Assembly (NCBI GenBank): GCA_963755715.1
Contig: CAVWLW010000041.1
Span: 41,044 to 105,043 of the forward strand
DNA from: an uncultured delta proteobacterium
Lineage (GTDB): Bacteria > Desulfobacterota > Binatia > UBA9968
Direction of reading: 5' to 3'
DNA: 64,000 nucleotides
Positions 42,485-51,964 of the stretch are shown one piece after another (the stretch's first letter is position 1; each line of letters starts with the position of its first letter). Below the pieces are notes generated by a model that saw only the letters and a list, made by a program, of their open reading frames with translations, had not been told where the DNA came from and searched no databases. Position numbers and translations under genes: made by a program.

Positions 42485-43096
42485 ATGAAAAGATATGATT
42501 GTCTGCGCGCGATCGCGCCGCACTTCGGCGACGAGCTGGTGGTCACCAACCTGGGCGCCGTGCGCCACGAATGGCAAGCCTTGAGACCGCACCATGGCAA
42601 CTACCATTTGCAAAATCTCGGTCTGACGTCGTCCATGGCGCTCGGATTGGCCTTGGCTCTGCCGCACCGCAAAGTGGTCGCCTTCGACGGCGACGGGTCG
42701 CTGCTGCTCAATCTCGGCAGCCTGGCAACCATCGCGAATCAACATCCGAAGAACCTCGTTCACGTCGTCTTTGACAATGAATGCTATGAGTCTTCCCGCG
42801 GCGCGCCGACGGCGACGGCAGGACAGGCTGATCTGGCCGCCATCGCGCGAGGATGCGGCATCGCCAACGTGCTTACTGCGAAGACGCTCGATGAATTCGA
42901 AAATGGTTTTATGCGCGCTCTTAGGGATGACAATCTCTATTTCATTCACGCGAAGGTTGAACAAGGAGCGGGCGACGTTCCGGCGGCTCCGTTGGACTCG
43001 CAGGAAAACAAATATCTGTTCGTGCGCTACATAGAGAAAAGCGAAAACATAAAAATCCTCACCTCGACGCTGTCGCGAGCGAGCGCAACGCGCTAA
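42485..43096 (+). CDS. TPP-dependent decarboxylase beta subunit (ComE-like)
   Basis: DGDGSLLLNLGSL...VFDNECYES TPP-binding motif. Confidence 0.85.
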   Translation: MKRYDCLRAIAPHFGDELVVTNLGAVRHEWQALRPHHGNYHLQNLGLTSSMALGLALALPHRKVVAFDGDGSLLLNLGSLATIANQHPKNLVHVVFDNECYESSRGAPTATAGQADLAAIARGCGIANVLTAKTLDEFENGFMRALRDDNLYFIHAKVEQGAGDVPAAPLDSQENKYLFVRYIEKSENIKILTSTLSRASATR

Positions 43097-43146
43097 AAAT
43101 AGGAAGTCCACTCGCCGCATTGTCCAGTTTTGCGGATAAACATACT

Positions 43147-43318
43147 CTAGTGTGGTGACTCAAATTCGCGATATAAGTCGATCGTCATTCCGGGCAAGCG
43201 GCGATAGCTGGCGCGACCCGGAATCCAGGAATTTCAAAGGCATTTGGATACCGGCCTGCGCGGTATGACGGTTAGGTGTTATCAAATTAGTCATCGAACT
43301 TCTGAGTCAGGACACTAG
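43147..43318. mobile_element. MITE-like element with CTAG ends enclosing a REP-like palindrome
   Basis: Left end ctagtgtggtgactcaaattcg matches the reverse complement of the right end, ctagtgtcctgactcagaagttcg. Internal gtcattccgg..ccggaatccag..tggataccgg..ggtatgac. Confidence 0.8.
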
Positions 43319-43340
43319 ACGTTCATTCCGAGGGAGCTAT

Positions 43341-43526
43341 ATGGAACTGGAAGATCTCGCGAAACGCATTCGAGACGCATGCCTTGAAGCGGTCCTTCAA
43401 GCATACGAGGATGCGGGTATGCAGGGCCTCTGTGCGGAGGGGCGTTGGGAAGCAGCTGTCGGCGCGCTGAAGACAGTTGAACTCGCGCCGCTGTTGCATG
43501 AGTTCAAACACCCGTCAGCGGATTGA
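43341..43526 (+). CDS. Small hypothetical protein (AYEDAGxxGLCxEGRWExA motif)
   Basis: RBS gagggag. The motif is familiar from a widespread small-protein family of unknown function. Confidence 0.7.
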   Translation: MELEDLAKRIRDACLEAVLQAYEDAGMQGLCAEGRWEAAVGALKTVELAPLLHEFKHPSAD

Positions 43527-43748
43527 TCGGCCCATGTAGCTCATGCAGTTGGTTAGTCGGGCCGGACTAAGATTCGACGAGCGAGATCAGCGAACTTCCG
43601 TCAAAGCTGGAACGAAATAGCCATATTCCCGGCGAACCCACCAGTGGAAGCCTGACACGAAGCATGACGAAGCATGCTGCTAAAAGCGAAGCCAAAAGTA
43701 GCCGCCGGTAACTCATTCGCCCGGCGGATCACAGAGGAGGAATATCCA

Positions 43749-44861
43749 ATGGACCGATTGGTGCGCTGTTTGTCCGTGATGCTGCTGCTATTGGCGACGG
43801 TCTTCGCCGCGGGTTCGGCTGCTGCCCAGGATGTCCGGCGATATATCTACGCCGCGGTGCCCGGCGTGTCGAATGACGAGCAGTTCGGCGGCGTTGGCGT
43901 CCTCGTGTTCGACGCCGACAACGGCCACAAGTTTGTCCGGCGCATCGCAACCTGGGAAACCTATCGACGCGAGGCGATCGAACCGATCAAAGGCATCGCC
44001 GCTCACGCCGGCACCGGCCGGCTCTACGTCAGCACCACGCGCCGCCTCGCGGCCTTCGATCTGGCGACCGACAAGATCGTTTGGCAGAAAGGGTACGACG
44101 CCGACTGCTGCGATCGCATGGCGGTTTCCGCCGACGGCAAGACGCTTTACGTGCCGGCCTTTGAACGGCCGAAATGGTATGTGGTCGATGCCGGCAACGG
44201 CAACGTGATCACGACCATCGTCACCGAAGGCGAAGCGCACAACACGATCTATTCACCGCACAGCGGACGCATTTACCTTGCGTCGCTGCGCACTCCGACC
44301 ATGGCGGTTGCCGATAGCCGGACCAACCAGGTCGTCAAGCGCATCGGCCCTTTCAGCAATCAGACACGTCCCTTCGCGATCAACGGCAAGGAGACGCTGG
44401 TCTACGTCAACGTCAACAATCTGCTCGGCGTCGCAGTCGCGGATCTTCAGACCGGCAAGGTTCTCCACGAAGTTTCCGCGCCCGCCTTCGTCAAGGGAAA
44501 GCCCCGGGGGCACGGCACGGTCAGCCACGGCATCGCGCTCACCCATGACGAGAAAGAAATCTGGGTTGCCGACGGTCCTAACAACTACGCGCACATCTTC
44601 GACGCGACGTCTGCGCCGCCTAAGTACAAGGAAAGCGTTCGACTTCGCGCCGAGCCGGGCTGGTTGACGTGCAGTATCGACGGACGGCTGATCTACCCGT
44701 CGAGCGGGGAGGTCATCGACATCGCCAGCCGGAAAGTCATCGCTACACTGGAGGATGAAAAGGGGCGCCACGTCGAAACCGAAAAGCTGCTGCAAATCGA
44801 CTTTGCCGGCGGTCGTCCGCTCCGCGCCGGCGACCAGTTCTGCTTTGGGCAGGTACGATAG
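43749..44861 (+). CDS. Secreted YncE/YVTN-type beta-propeller protein
   Basis: Signal peptide and repeated blades (MAVSADGKTLYV, HNTIYSP, HGIALTHDEKEIWVAD). RBS gaggagg. Confidence 0.85.
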   Translation: MDRLVRCLSVMLLLLATVFAAGSAAAQDVRRYIYAAVPGVSNDEQFGGVGVLVFDADNGHKFVRRIATWETYRREAIEPIKGIAAHAGTGRLYVSTTRRLAAFDLATDKIVWQKGYDADCCDRMAVSADGKTLYVPAFERPKWYVVDAGNGNVITTIVTEGEAHNTIYSPHSGRIYLASLRTPTMAVADSRTNQVVKRIGPFSNQTRPFAINGKETLVYVNVNNLLGVAVADLQTGKVLHEVSAPAFVKGKPRGHGTVSHGIALTHDEKEIWVADGPNNYAHIFDATSAPPKYKESVRLRAEPGWLTCSIDGRLIYPSSGEVIDIASRKVIATLEDEKGRHVETEKLLQIDFAGGRPLRAGDQFCFGQVR

Positions 44862-45430
44862 CCTATCGTCGAACTTTGCCTGACAGATTTTTCGCTATTG
44901 GCTCATGGAGAGTTATTAGAGTTAGGCAAGTCTTACATCCCCGCATGGCACCCGTGAAGAGCATTACAGACGCGTACGTCGGCACTGCGTCAATAGCTAA
45001 AAGCGGACCCCACTTGCAATCCTCGGACTTTACAGACGTGAATATAGAACCCTCGTCAGGAAGTATATAATCCGTTTCCTCCCGCTACCGGCTCGATTCG
45101 GATGGTCAACGCCTAGGCTAGGCTAAGGTTGGCGAATCTGGGCGACGGAATCTACTTCTGAATTACCGGACTCCGCTGGCCTAGGCGCGGTTATGGGATC
45201 CGCCTGTCGATGCACAAGCTTCCAGGCGTGTCTTCACGTTGAAAAACGCCCGTAGCCGGAGCCTACTGGGGTGAACTCGGCGCTTCCCCGATCTTGGCCT
45301 TGAGCCGGTCGAATTCCACAATGTACGCAAGCTCGGGGTCACTTACTTCGTGACGTTCTCCCAGCCAGCGAACTCGCCTTCGCGGTAGTAGGGATGCCGC
45401 AGGAATCGGTGGCGGGAATCGTCGGTCAGA

Positions 45431-45556
45431 GTGGCAGGAATCAGGGTCAGATCTTTACCTTTGACATTCGAAAAAGCTAAAACCTGCGGGGCCTTTGTGA
45501 AAGCCCATTTTCTCATGGGCCCAGCGGATGAGACTGACCCGTTAATCCTGCTCCAC
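45431..45556. repeat. Small inverted-repeat element with GGGTCAG...CTGACCC ends
   Basis: Left gtggcaggaatcagggtcagatct matches the reverse complement of the right end, gtggagcaggattaacgggtcagtct. It is preceded by extra gcaggaatc/gtggcgggaatc copies. Confidence 0.6.
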
Positions 45557-46002
45557 TAATCCGGAATCTCGGCCTCGACGAGTTTCCCTAGCAGGATGAG
45601 CGATTCCTGCCAGCCGACGTAGCAACCCTCGGCGGGAATGACTTCGGGCACTCCCTCCTGGACGACATTCAACTCGGTTCCACAGGACACTTTCTTCAAG
45701 GTGATGGTCGTCTGCATTTCTCCGGGCAGGTTGGGGTCGTCGAATCTGTCCGTGTGGCGGATGCGTTCGTGCGGTACGAGTTCAAGATACTCTCCGCCGA
45801 AGGAGTGGCTCTTGCCGGTGCTGAAGTTGGTGAACGACATCTTGTAGGTGCCGCCGACCTTGGCATCGATATGGTGAACCTTGCCGGTGAACCCGTTGGG
45901 CGGAAGCCATTTGGTCATGGCGTCGCCATCGAGAAACGCCCGATACACTTTTTCAGGGGTCGCACGGAGGACGCGGTGAAGGCGGATAGTGTTTCCTGAC
46001 AT
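45556..46002 (-). CDS. SRPBCC/AHSA1 family protein
   Basis: IRLHRVLRATPEKVYRAFLD...KWLPPNGF...GGEYLELVP...GWQESL. Confidence 0.92.
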   Translation of the reverse strand: MSGNTIRLHRVLRATPEKVYRAFLDGDAMTKWLPPNGFTGKVHHIDAKVGGTYKMSFTNFSTGKSHSFGGEYLELVPHERIRHTDRFDDPNLPGEMQTTITLKKVSCGTELNVVQEGVPEVIPAEGCYVGWQESLILLGKLVEAEIPD

Positions 46003-46131
46003 GATTTCTTCTCCTTTCGGGGTTGCCGTTTTGGCCTTTCATATCTACGACGAATGAACTCGAACGCCCAGGACAGCATCGCTGAGAATTTTTCCTGCCA
46101 TCATCTCGTTCTGCGTTGTCACCATTTCTGC

Positions 46132-46331
46132 TCACTTGTACCCGACGGCTGCACTCGGGGCCGCGTAGCGGGATCACCTCGGTCCGGCGAAAATCGATCT
46201 TCCGACACCATCCGTCGAAGTCTCAGGCGTGAAATCGAACGCATCGCTAAACTCGATCAGCATATTGAGCGACATCATGAGGCCGAAGGCGTCGCTGTGT
46301 CGCTCGTCATCGATCAGTTCCTCGATAGCCA
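46132..46331 (-). pseudogene. Detached, frameshifted 3' end of the methyltransferase gene at 55852-56874
   Basis: Aligns with 55852-56050. Encodes [33 protein letters not shown]...IPLRGP...VGYK*. Confidence 0.9.
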
Positions 46332-46378
46332 CAGCTGGAGACAGGCGCTGCCGTTGACCGCCGGCGAACCCGCCCTCT

Positions 46379-46419
46379 GCAAACGCCGATTCGGCCTCGC
46401 GCACTTCCATCCTCGCTAC
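46379..46419 (-). repeat. 41-bp direct repeat of the NIPSNAP gene 3' end (48481-48521)
   Basis: 27-bp identical core gccgattcggcctcgcgcacttccatc. Both copies encode MEVREAESAFA. Confidence 0.88.
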
Positions 46420-48344
46420 TCGCATTCTTCCTCTGTTATGGTTTCCACCAGCCGGAGCATTTGCTCCAACGCCGAGTCATCAACGCGATGAGCCTCGTTC
46501 ACGACCTCCGCCATGCGCGCCACCGTCGGCGCATCAAATAACGCCTTGACCGGCAGTTGCAACTTGAATGATTGAAGCACCCGAGATAGGACGCGCGACG
46601 CAGCCAGCGAATCACCGCCGAGATCGAAAAAATTGTCGTGGATGCCGACCCGGTCAACGGCCAGGACTTCGGCCCAAATTTCTGTCAGGAGTTTTTCGAT
46701 GTCCGATCGCGGCACGGCGAAGTCGACTTCCAATTCGGCTCTTGATTGATCGGGCGCCGGGAGCGCCAGGCGGTCGACCTTCCCATTCAGTGTAAGCGGC
46801 AGCGACTCCAAGAACACGAAGTCCGACGGCACCATGTAAGGCGGGAGCTTCTCCCTGACGGCGCTGCGAAGAACCGAAGTTGCCGGATAAGGTTTCTCAA
46901 AAGCAACAATGTAAGCGACCAGGCCATCGTGAGCCACTCCCGCCCGCGTTCCGCAGGTCGCGACCACGGCCTCCTTGACGTTGTCCTGCGCCAGCAAGAG
47001 AGTCTCGATCTCGCCGGCTTCGACTCGGTAGCCGCGCACGCTCAGCTGAAAATCTTTCCGGCCCAAATGGTAGAGGCGATCGTCGGAGCGCAGCCGGCCC
47101 AGGTCGCCGGTGTGATAAATTCGTTCATCGCCACCGTTTGGATCCTCGACAAACTTTTCTTGGCTGAGTTCGGGACGACGCCAGTATCCCGGTGAGAGAT
47201 AACGGCTCTTGACCAAGATTTCGCCGACGGTGTCGCATGGCAGCGCTGCGCCATTGTCATCGATCAAGCAAATCTCCGCCCCTTCAGTGGCATAGCCGAC
47301 GGCATTTTGGATTTCCTCGAGAGAGCTCTCCGAGTCGAAATACATTCTTCGCACGGTGCCAGTTTCGGTCGTGCCGAGGCGGATGACCAGGATGGTATTG
47401 GCGGAAAAATGGCGCTGGTATTCCTCGAATTCTCTGCGCGTTACCAGATCCGATCCCAGTTGAATGATACGCAGATGCGGAAAAACTTCCTCGCCAGTGA
47501 GAGTGGCGGCAAAGTGCCGAAAAAGGACCGGCACCGAAAAAAATATCGTGACTTCTTGCCCGACCAGCCAGTCGGCAACTTGGGCCACGCCTCGTTGCCG
47601 GATATTGAACGGATAGAGCGCCGCGCCGTTGAGCAGGCTGGCAAAAGTGATCTTCACGCTCTGGCTCACGCTACACGAGTAGAGGAGAGCGATGCGATCG
47701 TCCACGCAGATATGCAGGCCGTTGCCATAGATCAGGCTCTCGTGCAGTAGATTCGCGTGAGTTTGTATGACGCCCTTGGGCTGTCCGGTCGAGCCCGATG
47801 TGTAAATCAAAAATGCGAAATCCTGGGGCGCAGCGGCCAGGCCGGAATTCTCGCTTGAGAATGCCGAACCCAGCTCGTCGATGTTTACCAAGCCACATTG
47901 ATCATGAGCCAATTCTCCGGCCAAGGAAAGATTCGCGCCGTCGGCGATCAGCAGACTTGCTTGCGAGTCCTGCAACAGGAAAGCGCTGCGGTCTTTGGGA
48001 AACGACGGATCAAGCACCAGACAAATTTTGCGAGCTTTCAGAACCGCGAGGATGGCGACGAATAGTGGAATGTCATCTTCCATCAGCAAGGCAATGGGTT
48101 CTTGGACATTCCCGCGTTGTGCTAGGATTGCGTATGCCAAGCGATTCGCGGCTTGGTTCAAATCCCGATACGTCAGGGCTTGATCGCCATTTTTGACGGC
48201 GGTTCGGTAGCCATAGCGCGCGGCAATTTTCTCGAAGCGCGCCGGGATCGACTGCTCGACATCTTTCTTGGGAAATTCCGTGAACCGCCCCGAAGGATGA
48301 AAGCACTTGGCATGTATCGCTTGTTGTTCGAGGGGTAACTCCAT
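46416..48344 (-). CDS. Stand-alone NRPS-like adenylation-thiolation (A-PCP) didomain
   Basis: LTYRDLN, YTSGSTGQPKG, GTTE, YHTGDL, GYRVEAGEIE, LPLTLNGKVDR and the PCP motif DNFFDLGGDSL. Confidence 0.9.
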   Translation of the reverse strand: MELPLEQQAIHAKCFHPSGRFTEFPKKDVEQSIPARFEKIAARYGYRTAVKNGDQALTYRDLNQAANRLAYAILAQRGNVQEPIALLMEDDIPLFVAILAVLKARKICLVLDPSFPKDRSAFLLQDSQASLLIADGANLSLAGELAHDQCGLVNIDELGSAFSSENSGLAAAPQDFAFLIYTSGSTGQPKGVIQTHANLLHESLIYGNGLHICVDDRIALLYSCSVSQSVKITFASLLNGAALYPFNIRQRGVAQVADWLVGQEVTIFFSVPVLFRHFAATLTGEEVFPHLRIIQLGSDLVTRREFEEYQRHFSANTILVIRLGTTETGTVRRMYFDSESSLEEIQNAVGYATEGAEICLIDDNGAALPCDTVGEILVKSRYLSPGYWRRPELSQEKFVEDPNGGDERIYHTGDLGRLRSDDRLYHLGRKDFQLSVRGYRVEAGEIETLLLAQDNVKEAVVATCGTRAGVAHDGLVAYIVAFEKPYPATSVLRSAVREKLPPYMVPSDFVFLESLPLTLNGKVDRLALPAPDQSRAELEVDFAVPRSDIEKLLTEIWAEVLAVDRVGIHDNFFDLGGDSLAASRVLSRVLQSFKLQLPVKALFDAPTVARMAEVVNEAHRVDDSALEQMLRLVETITEEECE

Positions 48345-48476
48345 CCCGCTAAATTTCCTCTCGCTAGAACATGGGGTCTCGAGTGCGCACTGCCTCGGAA
48401 TCAAGGGGCATGGGACATCAGCCTTGCCTAACTATAAGCAATAGCCCGTGCGCCCGCTAACGCCGTCAATCCGCTT

Positions 48477-48767
48477 CTACGCGAAGGCCGATTCGGCCTC
48501 GCGCACTTCCATCTTCGCAACGTTGGCTCCAAGTTTGACTCCGGCGGCCGCGACCGCGGCTTGGAACTCTTTGGTCTTCGCTTCGAGCTCGGCCTTATCT
48601 TTGTAGGTCCGGACCCAAATAAATTCGTTCTGTGGCCGATTCACCCAGGTGCCGACGATGGGCACGCCGATCTTTTGGTGCAACACCATGATGTCTTCTT
48701 TGAAGTGCTTCAGAAAATTCTCCATCTCACCCTTATTGATCGTGTAAATACGAATCTGCGATATCAT
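48477..48767 (-). CDS. NIPSNAP family protein
   Basis: MISQIRIYTINKG...GTW...NEFIWVRTY. RBS ggagg. Confidence 0.8.
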   Translation of the reverse strand: MISQIRIYTINKGEMENFLKHFKEDIMVLHQKIGVPIVGTWVNRPQNEFIWVRTYKDKAELEAKTKEFQAAVAAAGVKLGANVAKMEVREAESAFA

Positions 48768-49060
48768 TTTATTTTTCCTCCAATTTGTTTACGTCTTCCA
48801 CGGCTCAGACGGTACACCATGGAAACTATCCGAGTGCGTCGCCAACAGTCAAACAAATCTGATCGCAACGTGATCGCGCGAAAACTGGGACGATCAGCCG
48901 CATCGGATCCTCGACAAAAATTCAAAAAATCCTACATCGACGAAAAATACGGCTCGAAGAAGCGGAAAAGAAATATCGCCGAGTGGGTCCAGTTGATGCA
49001 GCAGCTGTTTTCTCAGACGAAAGTCAGTCGATACGCAAGCCTGCCACCTGCTCCTCCTGG

Positions 49061-49201
49061 CGACGAAAACCTATCTTCCGACACCATCCGTCGAAGTCTC
49101 GACCCGTGAAATCGAACGCGTCGCCAAACTCGATAAGCATATTGAGCGACATCATGAGGCCAAAGGCGTTTTTCCGTCACTCGTCATCGATCAGGTTCTC
49201 G
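49061..49201 (-). pseudogene. Second detached fragment of the methyltransferase 3' region
   Basis: Aligns with 55907-56047 ([45 protein letters not shown]). Confidence 0.9.
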
Positions 49202-49463
49202 CTAATTCTTCGTGAGAAGATCAGACATCGATTCGGCAGAACTAACGTCGAGATTTCGACATTGGCGCCGATACGTCAGCAACCTATCTTCGACACTATC
49301 TTCAAAGCCAAAAGACGGGGCGGTGCGTAACGCTCCTGCTTCCGCTTACTTAGTCACGTATCCACGCCTGCCGGGGGGCTGGCACAGCGCTTGCCAAATC
49401 CTTCTCAAAAGAAAGGACAAGAAGGGGAAAAGGATCGAGTTGGAGACATCCTTGTAAACGTTC

Positions 49464-50312
49464 ATGCAGATAGTTCGACGATTCGCTTTCACTGTTTTTT
49501 GCGTTTTCTACCTCGCCGCTTGTAACTTCACCAAGACGATACCCTTCAAGACTCTAGGCGACGCATACGCCGGTGGCACGAGCCGCTTTGTCTTTCAGAC
49601 TTCCGGTTCAAGTGCCGAAGCCTATCTCACCAGACCCGCAGGCCTCGGCCCGTTTCCGCTTATGATCTTGCTCCACGGCCACACGCTCGGACCCATTGGC
49701 GCCGAAAGCGTCCTGTCGGAAGCGGAAGCTTTTGCCAGCGATCTTTGCTATGCCGCTTTGGCAGTTTCGCTTCCAGGCTATGGCGCCACGGAAGTGCCGC
49801 CGGGAACAGATCCAAAAATTACCTTAAACGTAGTGTTGGACGCGGTTTCTTTGGTCAAGCGTCTGCCGTGGATAGATTCGAGGCGATTGTACGTTTACGG
49901 CTTCTCCCGTGGCGCATTCTTCGCCGCGCTACTAGCCAACCGACTTGAGGAAATCGAAGGGATAGTCTTGCACTCGGGAGCGTATGATCTGAATCGGTTC
50001 TATCAAGACAACATATGGTTTCGCTCCATGTTGAATCCCACCGGCGAAAAGAATCCGAAGCTCATCAGCATATTGCCGGAGGTTGCCACGTGGCACGCTC
50101 CGACCTTGATCCTGCATGGTGAAGAGGATTTTCTGGTTTCCGTCCAACAAGCGAACCTGTTAAGCGAATCCCTCGAGGCCGCCAAGAAGCCCTACCGCTT
50201 CGTGCTCTATCCCAATAGCGGCCATTACCTGCCATCGGAGGACGTCAGAAGAACGGTCACCGCCTTTCTCAAAGAAGTCTCCGGATCAGCCTGCCGTGCT
50301 CGCGCCAGTTGA
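49464..50312 (+). CDS. Putative lipoprotein, S9/dienelactone-hydrolase-like alpha/beta hydrolase
   Basis: Lipobox LAAC. LLHG, GFSRG, PTLILHGEED and YPNSGH motifs. Confidence 0.82.
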   Translation: MQIVRRFAFTVFCVFYLAACNFTKTIPFKTLGDAYAGGTSRFVFQTSGSSAEAYLTRPAGLGPFPLMILLHGHTLGPIGAESVLSEAEAFASDLCYAALAVSLPGYGATEVPPGTDPKITLNVVLDAVSLVKRLPWIDSRRLYVYGFSRGAFFAALLANRLEEIEGIVLHSGAYDLNRFYQDNIWFRSMLNPTGEKNPKLISILPEVATWHAPTLILHGEEDFLVSVQQANLLSESLEAAKKPYRFVLYPNSGHYLPSEDVRRTVTAFLKEVSGSACRARAS

Positions 50313-50409
50313 TCTTTTCGACAAGCTGATCCGCCGCCTCTAAGTTCACAGCGCTACACAGCTCCAAGAATTCTCACCGAGCCGTGCGACTATTTATCGT
50401 TATCGGCCA

Positions 50410-50492
50410 GCGCTGATGCACCGCTGTTCCGTTGCCAGGTTTCGAGTCGTGAAAATCACCGGCGGTTTCGCTGCCGATCACCAGGCTGCACA
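50410..50492 (-). repeat. 3' fragment of the gene ending at 63850
   Basis: ccgttgccaggtttc..agtcgtgaaaatc.ccggcggtttcgctgccgat.a.caggctg matches ~63873-63960. Confidence 0.85.
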
Positions 50493-50745
50493 ACCGTCCC
50501 GCGCAAGGGATCAAATCTTTTATCTATGACATTGGAGCGTAGCTCAGCCGACGCGCTTCCTCCGATAACGCCACCAGTTGGCGTACTAGTGATCGTTGAG
50601 CAGATATCTCGCGGTGAAAGCGAGCATATCGAGGGCTTTTTTACAGTCATAACCGCTTCAGTTTCCTTCAAGTCGCGCGCGCAGTTTCACGTTGGGAAAA
50701 AAATTCTTCGGTCAGCTCTACGGTGGGCTGTATCATAGCGAAGGT

Positions 50746-50805
50746 GTTCAATTCGTTCTCGCGGTTCAATCGCTTCGCTCCGTTCAAATCGTTCCGAATG
50801 TTTAA
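50746..50805. repeat. Short tandem GTTCAA-based repeat (gttcaatcgcttcgctccgttcaaatcgttc)
   Basis: Three to four gttcaa/gtttaa units about 18 bp apart in intergenic DNA. Confidence 0.5.
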
Positions 50806-51216
50806 GCTGTGTGACTGTCGTGCTCGTGGAACGTGATCGTGTCTTAAGAATTAATCCGAGGAGACGCGATGACCTTTCGCATTTCCTTAGTTCTTCGCGT
50901 TCTCGACTTCCACTCCTGGATAGCAGTCCGATTTGGCGCGAATTTTCCCGACACAAGCCCATAACTCCAAGTCCGCTTGAGAACGACTTTCGTTCGTCGT
51001 GGGCAATATTGTGCGTCAGGAGATAGCCGTGTGGTCCACTCGACACCATTTGCCCACTCGGTACGGCGGGCAATCACCGGACTACAGCTTCCATCTTGTC
51101 ACAAAAGAGCCGGATTGAGGACGTTTTGACGGAGCCACCGTGCGACCGATGATTTTCTCCGCGATTGGCAAAAGCCTTGCGTTAGAAACGACGCGAATAT
51201 CTGACCGGAGGCAATC

Positions 51217-51618
51217 ATGAAAGCATTTGTCGTTTCTTTTTTCCTGCTTTTCTTAGCCGGCATTTTTGCGCCTTTGTCCTTGCGTGGCGACGAATTCAAA
51301 GTACGAGAAGCAAAAATCGCGCAGTACAAGCAATGGCTCGATACCCTGGGGCCTCAAGGATCCCAATACTGGACGCGCCTCGACTCAGGACGGCGGCCCC
51401 ATCGGTTGTATCTCGGCGACGGTTTCTATCGCGCCGACTCTCAAAACCAAGAGCGTTTCATAGATACGTATTCGAACTATCTAGCGGGGCACCCGGAAAA
51501 ATTCATGCTGATCGATCTCTTTGATGCCGAGACCAAGCAACCCGTAGGCGAGTATGGATTCGGCGGCTTCAAGCTTTACCCAAAGCCTTTGCAAACCGCG
51601 GGGAGTCCACAAAAATAA
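51217..51618 (+). CDS. Secreted hypothetical protein
   Basis: RBS ggagg and a signal peptide. No recognisable family. Confidence 0.75.
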   Translation: MKAFVVSFFLLFLAGIFAPLSLRGDEFKVREAKIAQYKQWLDTLGPQGSQYWTRLDSGRRPHRLYLGDGFYRADSQNQERFIDTYSNYLAGHPEKFMLIDLFDAETKQPVGEYGFGGFKLYPKPLQTAGSPQK

Positions 51619-51964
51619 ATTGTGTTTCCTCTGTGGAAAACGTTTTGAGGGGAGGAAAGATCGATTGACCGATTGTCAAAGGTAAAGCTGAGAAGGTCAA
51701 ATCTTCGAATTCGATCGAGCCGGTGGTTTACGATATCGAGAAAGGAATCGACCTTTATTGAATCCGATCGTTAAATCTCTTCAGTAATGTCATCGCCTGT
51801 CGAGGCTAAAGAGCATGCTGAACTACTCTCCAGCAAACGCGGGGATTCCAACCCGCCGAAATTGAAGCCCGCAAAGTATTGCTTGACACTTTCCCGCTGT
51901 TGTTTGTACATGTCGTCTTGCGATGAGTCCGACCTAATATTTTGCGCCGGAAGGCGGAGGCGTC

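Noticed and set aside
46174-46425. 83-aa ORF as a novel gene
   Set aside because: It is a chance chimera of the NIPSNAP-tail repeat and the methyltransferase-tail scar.
50746-50805. Short repeats here and at 7302-7430 and 45399-45443 as CRISPR arrays
   Set aside because: There is no constant repeat with unique spacers of regular length, and no cas genes.
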